Virus record (IMG/VR): IMGVR_UViG_3300007623_000006
Location: 47,097-111,096 of that record
Reading direction: 5' to 3' (one strand)
DNA length: 64,000 bases
Source: a virus
Positions 1 to 10,006 of this stretch are shown piece after piece; the first letter of the stretch is position 1, and every line of letters begins with the position of its first letter. Under the pieces are notes generated by a model. The model saw nothing but the letters and a program-made list of their open reading frames with translations, was not told the DNA's origin and did not search any database. A program made the position numbers and the translations under genes.

Positions 1-141
1 CATTTTGATTATTTAAACCTAACAAAGAAAACTTATAAACAAAAGAAAAAAGAAGAAGAACCTGAGTTAGAAGACATTGAAGAATTAATTAAGACTGATA
101 TTGATGATTGGTCGGATGACCCATTTGACTTAGAGGTATAA
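1..141 (+). CDS. 3' end of an upstream gene with an acidic C-terminus; gp55 late sigma factor is possible by synteny only
   Basis: Open frame from base 1 (HFDYLNLTKK...DPFDLEV) to TAA at 139-141, directly before gp47. Identity cannot be determined from this fragment. Confidence 0.5.
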   Translation, partial: HFDYLNLTKKTYKQKKKEEEPELEDIEELIKTDIDDWSDDPFDLEV

Positions 142-142
142 T

Positions 143-1267
143 ATGACTATAATCAACCCAGATAAAATTATTTTACTAGGTGATTTACACTTTGGTAAAA
201 ATAAGTTTTCACACCAAACACTTGACTCACAGATGAGATTTTTTGATGAGCAATTGTTTCCTTATATGGAAAATGAAGGGTGTGACACTATTATTCAAGT
301 AGGTGATGTATTTGACAATAGAATTGTAATAGATATAGAATACTTACAATTAATACTTAAGAGATTTTTTGATAAACTTAAAGAAAAAAATATAACATTT
401 ATTTGTATTGTTGGTAACCATGATATATATCATAAAACTAGTAGAGAGTACACTATATTAAGTGTAATTGATAGATTATATGATAATGTTACTGTTATAA
501 ATGATAGAAAAGAAATTCTTATAAATGATAAAAGATGTTATTTTGTTCCTTGGATATTACCAGATGAAACCTTAACTAGTGATGAGTTAACAGGAATGAA
601 TTATGTATTTGGCCACTTTGAGATTAGAAACTTTGAAATGACTAAAGGTCATATAGATGAGCATTCTATGTTAAGTCCTGAATTTTTTAAGAAAAAAAGA
701 AACTTAAAAAAAGTATACAGTGGACACTATCATATTAAAAGTGATAAAGAAAAAATCACATACCTAGGTACACCTTATTGGTTAGATTGGGGTGACTATG
801 CTACTACTAGAGGATTTTATGTATTAGATAAAGATTTTAATGAGTCATATGTTGAAAATGAAAAAAGTACTAGATTTATTAAACTTAAGTACAGTGATAG
901 TCAAGAGAAGCCATTAGATATAACAGGTCTTTATTATAAAAAAACTGTGACTATAGACAGTGATGATATTGAAACGGTTGCACCTGCTTTAAAAGGACAT
1001 AAACTTAAATTGTTTATTAATGAGAGTTCTGATAATAAACATGAAGAGTATATCTATATGTTAAAACAGCAAGGACTAGACTTTGAAATTACAAATAATG
1101 TAGAGATAAGTAATATTATTGGTGAAAGTTATATTGAAGATATTGAGGATAGTACAATGACTATACCATCAACATCTAAAGGTCTTATCACTGAAACAAT
1201 TAAAAAGAAACATCCAACATTAGTACCATTAGTGGAAGAGTTGTTTAGAGAGATTGAGGAAGTTTAA
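143..1267 (+). CDS. gp47: Recombination endonuclease subunit (T4 gp47 / SbcD / Mre11-like)
   Basis: Metallophosphoesterase motifs GDLH, GDVFD, GNHD, GHFE, SGHYH; coupled to the SbcC-like gene. Confidence 0.93.
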   Translation: MTIINPDKIILLGDLHFGKNKFSHQTLDSQMRFFDEQLFPYMENEGCDTIIQVGDVFDNRIVIDIEYLQLILKRFFDKLKEKNITFICIVGNHDIYHKTSREYTILSVIDRLYDNVTVINDRKEILINDKRCYFVPWILPDETLTSDELTGMNYVFGHFEIRNFEMTKGHIDEHSMLSPEFFKKKRNLKKVYSGHYHIKSDKEKITYLGTPYWLDWGDYATTRGFYVLDKDFNESYVENEKSTRFIKLKYSDSQEKPLDITGLYYKKTVTIDSDDIETVAPALKGHKLKLFINESSDNKHEEYIYMLKQQGLDFEITNNVEISNIIGESYIEDIEDSTMTIPSTSKGLITETIKKKHPTLVPLVEELFREIEEV

Positions 1268-3021
1268 TGAAAATAGATTTTTTAACTATTGAGTTTAAGA
1301 ATGTTTTAAGTTATGGAAATACACCTACAACATTTGAGTTTAAAGATGGTATTGATTTAATTAATGCTAAAAATGGTGCTGGTAAGAGTTCTTTTATTGA
1401 TGCTCTTACTTATGGGTTGTATGGTAAGGCTTTTAGAAAAATTAAGTTAGGTTCACTTATTAACCACCATAATAATAAAGAAATGTTAGTTAAAGTGACA
1501 TTTCAAGTAGAAAATATGGGATACTTTCAAGTAGTAAGAGGAATGAAACCTGCAGTATTTAAAGTGTTTCATAATAAAAAGAATTGTGATTTTGAGGATA
1601 AACATCTTTTACCTGAAAAGGCAACAACTAGTGAATATCAGAGTATGTTAGAAGATGAAATTCTACATATGAGTGAAAATGTATATAGACAGTTAATTGT
1701 ATTAGGTGCAAATATTTCAACTAGTAAGAATTTTATGGACTTAAGTGCTAAAGAAAAAGAAGAAGTTTTCCAAATTATTACTGATACAAGTATATTTAAT
1801 GATTTAAGAAGTATACTAAAGAAAAAAATATCTGTTGTTAATACCTATATATATGAACATGAATACAAAGTAAGTATTCTTAATAATACTTTAGAAACTG
1901 AAGAAAGAAATATTGCATCACTTGAGCAACAAAATGAAGTTATAAAACACGATAAAAATAGAATACTAACTGAATTGGAGACTGAACTAGAAGATAGAAG
2001 GTCAAAGGTACCTGAGTATGAAAGAGCAGTTGAAAAGTTAAAAGAGTTAAAAGAACTTTACGAACAAGAAAAACTTGAGTTACAAGAAAAAGAAAAATGT
2101 TACAGTGATTTATTAACACAACAAAGAGCTTTAAGCGATGAAATACATCATATTGAAAGAGCAAAAGCAGGTGTAGTTGTATGTGATGAATGTGATAATC
2201 ACATTAATTTAACAGAAATTGACATATCACCGGAAAGAGAGTCAAAAGTTAATGAAGATTATGTTATAATTACTCAAAGAATAAAAGAAAAAGAGCAATA
2301 TATTTCGGAGATAAAAGAATCAAGTTCAGTAAAATATGAAAAGTTATTAAATTCTAAAAGAATAATTCAAAACCAAAAAGAAAATTTGGACAGAATAGAT
2401 GCTATTATATCTGATATTGAAACTAAAAAGCAATGGAAAGAGTTGGATATTGACTATTCATCAATTAATAAACTAAAAGATGAATTAGAAGAAGAAAAAC
2501 AAGAGATATTATCTCTTAAAGAAAAAGTAAATCAATACAACACACTTTCTACTATTGTTGGTGATGATGAATTAAAGGGTTATACTTTAAATCAACAAAT
2601 ACCAGTATTAAACAGATATATAAATCAATTTATTGAAAGATTTAATGCGTTTGATTATAACTTTGTTATTGATACTAACTTCAAAGAAAGAATTATATCA
2701 AGAAATGAAGAAAAGGAATTTAATGCTATGAGTAATGGACAGAAACAAAGATTTACATTCTCTATATTATTTGCATTCTTAAAATTAGTTGAGGAAAAAA
2801 ATGGTATTACTACAAACTTGTTAATACTAGATGAGGTATTAGACAGTTCGAGTGATACTGAGGGTAAATTTGAGTTGATTAAAATTTTAACTGATGATTT
2901 TTCTAAGTCAAAAAATGTTATAATTATATCACATAACCCTGATATTGTTCAAAATGTAGAAGAGTTTAACAGAATAATTCAAGTTGAGCATGATAATTAT
3001 TCAAAAATGATAGTGGAGTAG
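1267..3021 (+). CDS. gp46: Recombination ATPase subunit (T4 gp46 / SbcC / Rad50-like)
   Basis: Walker A KNGAGKS, coiled coil with central CDEC hook, ABC signature MSNGQKQR, Walker B LLILDE, ISH. Confidence 0.95.
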   Translation: MKIDFLTIEFKNVLSYGNTPTTFEFKDGIDLINAKNGAGKSSFIDALTYGLYGKAFRKIKLGSLINHHNNKEMLVKVTFQVENMGYFQVVRGMKPAVFKVFHNKKNCDFEDKHLLPEKATTSEYQSMLEDEILHMSENVYRQLIVLGANISTSKNFMDLSAKEKEEVFQIITDTSIFNDLRSILKKKISVVNTYIYEHEYKVSILNNTLETEERNIASLEQQNEVIKHDKNRILTELETELEDRRSKVPEYERAVEKLKELKELYEQEKLELQEKEKCYSDLLTQQRALSDEIHHIERAKAGVVVCDECDNHINLTEIDISPERESKVNEDYVIITQRIKEKEQYISEIKESSSVKYEKLLNSKRIIQNQKENLDRIDAIISDIETKKQWKELDIDYSSINKLKDELEEEKQEILSLKEKVNQYNTLSTIVGDDELKGYTLNQQIPVLNRYINQFIERFNAFDYNFVIDTNFKERIISRNEEKEFNAMSNGQKQRFTFSILFAFLKLVEEKNGITTNLLILDEVLDSSSDTEGKFELIKILTDDFSKSKNVIIISHNPDIVQNVEEFNRIIQVEHDNYSKMIVE

Positions 3022-3024
3022 ATA

Positions 3025-3279
3025 ATGGCGGAAAGAGCACCTGATGATTTTAATGAGGTTTTAGATGGTATACATAGACTTAAGCAACATAAAGACATGA
3101 CTTGGATGGACTCTATTTTAGAGTTCTGTGAGTTGAATGATTATAGAGTTGAGGATGTTGGTTTTATGTTAAAAGAAAATAAAAATTTTTTAAAAATTTT
3201 AGAAGATGATTTTAAAAGAAATAAACATATCAGAGGGTATGTTGAAGAAAAAATATCATTTTTAGAAGATTGGATTTAA
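3025..3279 (+). CDS. gp33: Late transcription co-activator (gp33-like)
   Basis: 84 aa; MTWMDSILEFCELNDYRVEDVGFML resembles the gp33 core; T4 33-59 gene order. Confidence 0.65.
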   Translation: MAERAPDDFNEVLDGIHRLKQHKDMTWMDSILEFCELNDYRVEDVGFMLKENKNFLKILEDDFKRNKHIRGYVEEKISFLEDWI

Positions 3280-3280
3280 T

Positions 3281-3865
3281 ATGTTACAGTTTAATGAGCA
3301 ATATAATGTCTTGCACGGTATTTATATAACATTTACTAATAATTCTAATCATAGAATCTTAGTATCTAAACACAAAGCAGCAGCAAGAGATAAAGTGAAG
3401 TCTATATATCCTTATAGAAGATATGAGTCATGGACAAAGGAAAACTTAATACTTTTAGGTCTTAGTATTATGTTAGAACAAAAACCTAGTTCTTTTCAAG
3501 GAATGTTACAAGAACTTATATCTGAAGATACCGATGAAAAAGTTAAGCGTTTTAAGGATATAATTATGAACTATAAAAGTTATATCACAGAAGATGTTAA
3601 CATGATTATTGAAAACTATGGTGAAAAGCCGTCATTTGATGATATGTTTAAACTTTATACAGACAAAAAGATTAAATTTTATACACTTTGGTGGTATTTA
3701 AAGTTTACAGGTGCTGACATAGACAAAATTTGTACTATGAGAGTTAAAGGTAATATTATAAAAAGAATAAAACAAATGTCGTTATTTTTGACATTTAAAG
3801 AAAGTAATTTAATAAAAATAAAAGAAATGTTAAATGAAAAGTTAGATTTAAGTACAGATTTATAG
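3281..3865 (+). CDS. Probable helicase loader (gp59-like)
   Basis: Follows gp33 as in T4; size ~200 aa; ITEDVNMI and MFKLYTDKKIKFYTL weakly resemble the gp59 C-domain. Confidence 0.5.
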   Translation: MLQFNEQYNVLHGIYITFTNNSNHRILVSKHKAAARDKVKSIYPYRRYESWTKENLILLGLSIMLEQKPSSFQGMLQELISEDTDEKVKRFKDIIMNYKSYITEDVNMIIENYGEKPSFDDMFKLYTDKKIKFYTLWWYLKFTGADIDKICTMRVKGNIIKRIKQMSLFLTFKESNLIKIKEMLNEKLDLSTDL

Positions 3866-3875
3866 GAGAAAGATA

Positions 3876-4838
3876 GTGAAAATTGTAGATAATAAACATT
3901 ATATTTGGGCAGAGAAATATAGACCACAGTGTATTGAGGATTTAATTATCCCTGATAGTATGAAAAAGCAACTGTTAGACTGGATTAAAGATGGTGAAAT
4001 ACCTAACTTAGGTATTTGGGGTAACACACCAGGACTAGGTAAAACATCACTAACTACTGCGTTAACTAAAGAAATAGGTGCTTCTGTACTTTGGAAAAAT
4101 GCATCAGGTGAAGGTGGAATTGAAATGATGAGAGAAGAGATTCCTCCATTTGCATCGACTGTATCTATGGACGGTAGACCTAAAATTGTTGTACTTGATG
4201 AAGCAGATAACTTAACTGCTGTACAAAATGGTGCACAATATAACTTAAGAGGTTCAATTGAAAAGTATGCTAAAAACTGTAGATTTATTCTTACAGGTAA
4301 CTATAAAGAAAAAGTTATTAAACCTATTTTAAATAGATTAAGTAATTTTGACTTTGATGAAATTTTCGCTAATCATAAAAAAGAGTTAGGTGCTTCTATT
4401 TACCAAAGACTATCTTGGATTTTAGATAATGAAAACATTGAGTATGAAAAGGGTGATGTACAAAAAGTACTAAAAAACTTCTACCCTTCAATTAGAGAAA
4501 TGACTATGTTTATGCAAAAGTCTGTAGTTGATGGTAAACTTGTTATTGATAGTAAGTATATTGAAATTGATAAGTTAAAAGAAGAAGTTATGGCTACAAT
4601 TAAAGCAAAAGATTTTAAAGCGATGATGAAAGCGACTAATGACTTAACAGACCCTAGTTCTTTACTTACATATATTCATAAACATATGGAAGATTATTTT
4701 CCAGATGAAAGTGTACCAAGAGTAATATTACTATTATCTGATTATATGGATTTAGCAAGTAGATGTAGAGATGAGCATATTAATATCGCTGCATTTTGTA
4801 CAAAAATGATGATGGATATGAACATTAAATTTAAATAA
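3876..4838 (+). CDS. gp44: Sliding clamp loader large subunit (gp44)
   Basis: WAEKYRP, Walker A PGLGKT, VVLDEAD, CRFILTGN; GTG start with AGGAG SD. Confidence 0.95.
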   Translation: MKIVDNKHYIWAEKYRPQCIEDLIIPDSMKKQLLDWIKDGEIPNLGIWGNTPGLGKTSLTTALTKEIGASVLWKNASGEGGIEMMREEIPPFASTVSMDGRPKIVVLDEADNLTAVQNGAQYNLRGSIEKYAKNCRFILTGNYKEKVIKPILNRLSNFDFDEIFANHKKELGASIYQRLSWILDNENIEYEKGDVQKVLKNFYPSIREMTMFMQKSVVDGKLVIDSKYIEIDKLKEEVMATIKAKDFKAMMKATNDLTDPSSLLTYIHKHMEDYFPDESVPRVILLLSDYMDLASRCRDEHINIAAFCTKMMMDMNIKFK

Positions 4839-4848
4839 AAGGTTGATT

Positions 4849-6036
4849 ATGGGTAATTCAAAAATTAATATGGTTTGTGACAGTTATGTATCTCTTGAAG
4901 ATGCAATGTTACAAAACTATATCGCAGATAGTTATTCTTTTCCGATTGTTAATGTAGCAATTAAAGATGAAAAGTTTGACGATTTTGTATCTGATTTAAA
5001 ACAAAAGTTTTCAGATATTGTTGTTAGTGCTATAGATATAAGTACAACATCTAAGTTTGTATATGTTGAAAACAAAGAAAAGTTTTTTATGGAACTTGTA
5101 TGGGATTATAAGAATAAATCTTATAGTGTTAATATTTATGGTAAAACATACGATTACTCAAATGATGTGTGGCAAATCGTTAAACAATATGAGCCAGGTG
5201 GAAGTGGTATATTTTTAGAAGTTGATAACTACACAATGTCTGATAATGGTGCTTTAAATATAAGAAAAGATTTTAAAGAACTTGGTGATATATATGATGC
5301 GTCAGATGATTATTACCCTTACTTAGATACTGATATGTTATTTAAAAAGTTTGCACTAAGTTCTGAAAATATACTATTACTTGTTGGGCAACCTGGTGTA
5401 GGTAAAACTAAGTTAGTTGCATTGTATGAAAAATATATGTTTAAATACCCTGAATTATTTAATGTAAATAAAGATTTAATGTCAGAAGAGTCTTATTTTA
5501 AAATTGCTTATGTTAAAAATGAAGATATTTTAGCAAAAGATTCATTTTGGGAAGATTTAAATAAAAATAATTATAATCTTATTTTCTTAGATGATGCAGA
5601 TAATTGCCTATTACCAAGAGATAGTGAAGTGTATACAACTGAAGATGCAAACAGAAAGAAATTTATTTCACAACTATTATCTTTTACTGATGGGATTTCA
5701 GAGAGTAGTACAAAACTTATAATTACTACAAACAGAAGTGTTGATAATATTGATGTTGCTGTATTAAGAAGAGGAAGAACATTTGATATTTTAGAGTTAC
5801 AACCTTTATCACACGATGAAGCATTACTTATTTGGGAAAAGGCTGAGTTAGAATCTGATGAATTTAACGAGTTATTTAAGGATAAACATGATATAATACC
5901 AAGTGAATTAGGTGCAGAAATTTCAATTAGAAAGAAAATGAGTGAAAATGGTGATGAAATTGGTGAATACTTAAAAAGAGATGGTATATCATTAATACAT
6001 TCATTTAGAAACAGAAAAAGAAGTATAGGATTATAA
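4849..6036 (+). CDS. AAA+ ATPase
   Basis: Walker A GQPGVGKT, Walker B IFLDDAD, IITTN sensor, LRRGRTFD arginine-finger region; ATG 4849 preferred over TTG 4843. Confidence 0.85.
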   Translation: MGNSKINMVCDSYVSLEDAMLQNYIADSYSFPIVNVAIKDEKFDDFVSDLKQKFSDIVVSAIDISTTSKFVYVENKEKFFMELVWDYKNKSYSVNIYGKTYDYSNDVWQIVKQYEPGGSGIFLEVDNYTMSDNGALNIRKDFKELGDIYDASDDYYPYLDTDMLFKKFALSSENILLLVGQPGVGKTKLVALYEKYMFKYPELFNVNKDLMSEESYFKIAYVKNEDILAKDSFWEDLNKNNYNLIFLDDADNCLLPRDSEVYTTEDANRKKFISQLLSFTDGISESSTKLIITTNRSVDNIDVAVLRRGRTFDILELQPLSHDEALLIWEKAELESDEFNELFKDKHDIIPSELGAEISIRKKMSENGDEIGEYLKRDGISLIHSFRNRKRSIGL

Positions 6037-6037
6037 A

Positions 6038-6514
6038 ATGATGGACGATTGGGGATTGGGTGTTAAACAGACAACAGTCGAAGAAAAAGTAAAATTAGAA
6101 GCAGAGGAAATTAAAGTAGAGAAAAAATCTCAAGAGCATAATGTGTTTCACATTATTTCCTCTGCTGTAGATAGAAAGTTTGTTCCTAGAGAGGAAGAAT
6201 ATGATAAGATTCCACCTTATTTATTTTTAAGATACTTTGCCAATGACCCAAACGGACTTATTATTGTAAGTGAGTTAAATGTAAGAAAAAACATACCTAA
6301 AAAATGGGAATATTGGTTTATGAGACTTATGATGCCAAAGAGTACTAGATTTATTAGATTTAATAAAAAAGAAAAGTTTGACGATGAACAGTTTTTAGAA
6401 AATCTTAAACATTACTACAAATGCAATGAAAGACAAGCATTAGAATACTTAAAACTTTTACCTGAAAGTGAAGTTAACCGAATAAAAAATATTTATAAGC
6501 ACGGTTCTATGTAA
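6038..6514 (+). CDS. gp62: Clamp loader small subunit (gp62)
   Basis: PPYLFLRYF...SELN and YYKCNERQALEYLKLL match the gp62 pattern; near gp44. Confidence 0.8.
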   Translation: MMDDWGLGVKQTTVEEKVKLEAEEIKVEKKSQEHNVFHIISSAVDRKFVPREEEYDKIPPYLFLRYFANDPNGLIIVSELNVRKNIPKKWEYWFMRLMMPKSTRFIRFNKKEKFDDEQFLENLKHYYKCNERQALEYLKLLPESEVNRIKNIYKHGSM

Positions 6515-6524
6515 ACTCAGTCTC

Positions 6525-6532
6525 TATAAATA
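6525..6532 (+). promoter_or_regulatory. T4-type late promoter TATAAATA
   Basis: Exact consensus, intergenic, 25 nt before ATG 6558. Confidence 0.65.
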
Positions 6533-6557
6533 CATTAAATTATTACAAAGAAGATTT

Positions 6558-7496
6558 ATGGAGACTTTCAAACCTATCATATCAATAACTCACAACGACC
6601 TAGATGGGTTAGGTTGTCAACTAGTTTTAAAGTGGGTTCACCAAGATGTACACTATCATTCTACATCATATAATACATTATTAAACACACTTATAGAACT
6701 TGAAGATTTATTAAAATACGATAGAAGTAAAACACTTATAGTAATAAGTGATTTGTCAGTAAAAGATGACGAAGCAAAAGTATTAAAACGGATTGTTACT
6801 GATAATCCTGAAGTAAAGTTTATATATGCTGACCATCACTTAAGAACAACTGAAATGACAATTTTTTTAAAAAAATTACCAAAAAACTTTATAGATTTAT
6901 ATAACACAAAAATGTGTTCCGCTAGTATACTGTATTATTATTATAATATACAAATGCCAAAATTAAAAGAGAATATTGATAAAATTAATGCATATGATAT
7001 GTGGTTAACAGAATCTAGATTTTTTAAAGATGGTTTAGTGTTAAACGAAATATATGAGTCTTTAGGACACAATAATTTTTTTAATTCTATATCAAACTAC
7101 GGTAACTTAACAGAAACAATTACAAGAAAAATTAATAAAACAAATACCAAGATAGAGAATTTTATTAATCAAATAGATTCAAACTCATTCATTTATTATG
7201 ATGATTTAATAGTAGTTGCGCAGATAGATAAGTATAAGTCAATATTACAATATTATTTAAGTCGACCTATAAGTATAATTATAAGTTCAAATTTTAATTT
7301 TAGTATTAGACTATCAAATGAACTCAAAGACATTGAAGTAGAAAAATATACTCAATTATTTTTTGAATACTTTAAAGAAAATAATATAGAGTATTATTAT
7401 GCTCATAGGCAAGTTTTCGGGTTTAATTCAACTAACTACAATATATTAGAGGATTTTGATACATTTTTATCATTTATTTCATCAAAAATTAACTAA
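6558..7496 (+). CDS. DHH-family phosphoesterase
   Basis: THNDLDG, ISDL, ADHH, CSAS motifs. Confidence 0.85.
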   Translation: METFKPIISITHNDLDGLGCQLVLKWVHQDVHYHSTSYNTLLNTLIELEDLLKYDRSKTLIVISDLSVKDDEAKVLKRIVTDNPEVKFIYADHHLRTTEMTIFLKKLPKNFIDLYNTKMCSASILYYYYNIQMPKLKENIDKINAYDMWLTESRFFKDGLVLNEIYESLGHNNFFNSISNYGNLTETITRKINKTNTKIENFINQIDSNSFIYYDDLIVVAQIDKYKSILQYYLSRPISIIISSNFNFSIRLSNELKDIEVEKYTQLFFEYFKENNIEYYYAHRQVFGFNSTNYNILEDFDTFLSFISSKIN

Positions 7497-7510
7497 AAAA
7501 TCGTTATAAT
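7489..7510 (+). promoter_or_regulatory. Early/middle promoter TTAAC-N11-TATAAT
   Basis: Variant of the recurring TTAAG-N11-TATAAT motif, upstream of the helicase. Confidence 0.55.
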
Positions 7511-7538
7511 ACTATTACTACTCAACAAAAGGATATAA

Positions 7539-8942
7539 ATGCAAGATATAATTCTTAGGAATTTATTAGATGATAACGACTACTACAGAAAAGTTTTTCC
7601 ATATTTAACAAGAAAACATTTCCAAAGTATTGAAGCACAAGAGTTGTTTGAACTAATTAAATCTTATTCTACTGAATTTAGCCAGAAACCTAATAAAAAA
7701 GAGTTAGGTTTATTGATTAAAAATAACTCTAAACTTGGGGACAAAGTAAAGGAAGGTGTACTAACATTTTATAAACAAGTGTTAACAGACGATAAAGTAG
7801 ATAATAAAGAATTTCTTATCCAAGAAACTGAAAAATATATTCAGAAAGTTGAAATGACAGATGCAGTGTTAAAATCTGCTTATATGATTCAAAAAGGTGA
7901 TGGTGAATTTGAAAAAGTTTTAGGGTTTGTTAGTGATGCACTAAAAGTTAGATTTGATACTGACATTGGTATGAATTATAATGAATCGTTAGAACATAGA
8001 CTTGAGTATTATCACAAGAAAAACTTTGGTCTTACAAGTGGTATGGAAAGTATTGATAAAATATTAGGTGGTGGATTTAAACCTAAAACGCTTAATGTAC
8101 TAGGTGCTCCATCTCATGTTGGTAAGTCAATGGGTCTTATATCGGTTGCTGCTGCACTTGCATTAAAGAAAAAGAAAGTACTGTTTATTCCACTTGAGAT
8201 GAGTGAAGAAGAGATAGGTAAAAGAATGGATAGTAATATTCTTGATGTTAACTCAAATGAGATTAAGGATTTATCACTAGAAGTTTTTAGAGAAAAATTT
8301 AATTCAATTAAAGAATACTTAGGTGATACTATTATTAAAGAGTTTCCTGCTGGTGTACTAAACTCGTTCAAAATTGAAGGTTTACTTGACGATTTGGCAA
8401 TGAATGAATCTTTTATACCTGATATTATTGTTATTGACTACTTAACACTTATGAGTTCAAGTAGAGTAACAATGGCACAGGCAGGTGGTGGGTATGCTTT
8501 CTACAAAGCAATTGCTGAAGAGTTACACGCCTTATCAAAAAAATACAATGTACCTGTTTTAACAGCTGCACAGTTAAATAGAAGTGCTTATGGAAATAAG
8601 GAAGCAGGTTTAGAAACTATTGCTGATTCGCTTGGTATTGTACAAACAGCAGATGTGTTTGTTGCTATGATTACAGATGATGTGTTAAAAGAAAATGGTA
8701 GAATGTATTGGAAGTTCCTAAAGAACAGAAATACTGGTATGTTAAAAAGTCAACTGGTTGGTATTGATTATACTAGAGCAAGATTTTATGATGTGGAAGA
8801 GGATACTGAGGCTGCCGCTAATATCACAAGTAGTTTTACAAATCCAACAGAAACAAATGTAGGGTTAGACACATTAAGTAATAAAGGTCAAGAAAATAGT
8901 CTAGACTTTAGTGTATTAAATTTTGGAGGTTCAAATGGTTGA
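7539..8942 (+). CDS. gp41: Replicative DNA helicase (gp41, DnaB-like)
   Basis: YYRKVFPYL N-terminus, APSHVGKS Walker A, LEMSEE, IIKEFP, VIDYL, TAAQLNR, LKNR. Confidence 0.95.
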   Translation: MQDIILRNLLDDNDYYRKVFPYLTRKHFQSIEAQELFELIKSYSTEFSQKPNKKELGLLIKNNSKLGDKVKEGVLTFYKQVLTDDKVDNKEFLIQETEKYIQKVEMTDAVLKSAYMIQKGDGEFEKVLGFVSDALKVRFDTDIGMNYNESLEHRLEYYHKKNFGLTSGMESIDKILGGGFKPKTLNVLGAPSHVGKSMGLISVAAALALKKKKVLFIPLEMSEEEIGKRMDSNILDVNSNEIKDLSLEVFREKFNSIKEYLGDTIIKEFPAGVLNSFKIEGLLDDLAMNESFIPDIIVIDYLTLMSSSRVTMAQAGGGYAFYKAIAEELHALSKKYNVPVLTAAQLNRSAYGNKEAGLETIADSLGIVQTADVFVAMITDDVLKENGRMYWKFLKNRNTGMLKSQLVGIDYTRARFYDVEEDTEAAANITSSFTNPTETNVGLDTLSNKGQENSLDFSVLNFGGSNG

Positions 8943-9369
8943 TTTTGATGTAGAGTTTGACGAGCAGTGTCTTTTGTGTTTATATGATAATGATAGAATT
9001 TATTATACAATTGTTCAGAGGGAACCTGAGTTAAGACATACTGGAGTGAGTGTTATCAGAAGAATTTTAAATAATAAACATAAGTTTATAGGAGACTTTT
9101 ATGCAACTCAAGGTCATTTTAGTATTGTTTACATTGATGATGAAAATATTAAGATGAATAAAGAATTTGCAGGTGCAGACAGAAACGAACTTACATTAAA
9201 TGAGTTAGACGAATATTTAACTGAAGATATATTTAATTACATATATGTATATGATGTTGCTAGAGACTGTATAATTATTAAAGAACCAAATCAAGATTTA
9301 TATACTTTAGATTTCCACAATAGAGAAGATGTTGAAAAATTTATTAACGAAATAACTAATTATAAATAA
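8935..9369 (+). CDS. Hypothetical protein
   Basis: ORF with GGAGG SD before ATG 8935, overlapping the helicase stop. Confidence 0.7.
   Translation: MVDFDVEFDEQCLLCLYDNDRIYYTIVQREPELRHTGVSVIRRILNNKHKFIGDFYATQGHFSIVYIDDENIKMNKEFAGADRNELTLNELDEYLTEDIFNYIYVYDVARDCIIIKEPNQDLYTLDFHNREDVEKFINEITNYK
9361..9368 (+). promoter_or_regulatory. Late promoter TATAAATA at the start of the structural region
   Basis: Exact consensus 28 nt before ATG 9397. Confidence 0.65.
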
Positions 9370-9396
9370 TACAGTAAGAAAAATTAGGAGTAGTTA

Positions 9397-9960
9397 ATGG
9401 ACGCTATACCAGTATCACAAATTGATTTAAAAGGACTTGACATAGATGCTTATAGAACATCTGTTTCAGGTAACGCTTATATATCAGGTGGTGCTTTACT
9501 TGACTTAACAACAGGTAGAGCATATGTAGTTAAAGAGCAGGTAGTAGATTTACCTAACTTAGGTTTAAACTACATATATTATGACATTTCACAAGAAAAA
9601 TATGAAGTATCTGATATGTTATTAAAGAATCTTGGAAACAGAAAACTATTGTTTATTATTAATAAAAGAGAAAATGGTTCATTAGATTCTATAATCAACG
9701 CAACTGATATTAAAAATAGAGACCTTACACTTCCTAATATTTCAGACCAAGTTTATTCAACTGATACAGAATATAAACTAACAATTGTTGGTGATACTGT
9801 AACTGTTAACAACCACGACATTAAGAGAGTTGAAGAGTTTTATATTCATGGAGTAGGGGTAGTTTTATCAAAGTCTATTTTAGCAGTTCAAGGAAAGCAA
9901 ATTATATTAGACGGTGACGAAATGGATGGTAAACTTTGTGATGTATCTTATTTTTGGTAA
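9397..9960 (+). CDS. Putative virion structural protein
   Basis: Late promoter, AGGAG SD, beta-rich sequence. Confidence 0.6.
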   Translation: MDAIPVSQIDLKGLDIDAYRTSVSGNAYISGGALLDLTTGRAYVVKEQVVDLPNLGLNYIYYDISQEKYEVSDMLLKNLGNRKLLFIINKRENGSLDSIINATDIKNRDLTLPNISDQVYSTDTEYKLTIVGDTVTVNNHDIKRVEEFYIHGVGVVLSKSILAVQGKQIILDGDEMDGKLCDVSYFW

Positions 9961-10006
9961 TTAATAAATATAATAAACTTAATAAAAAATTATAGAGGAA
10001 AAAGAT

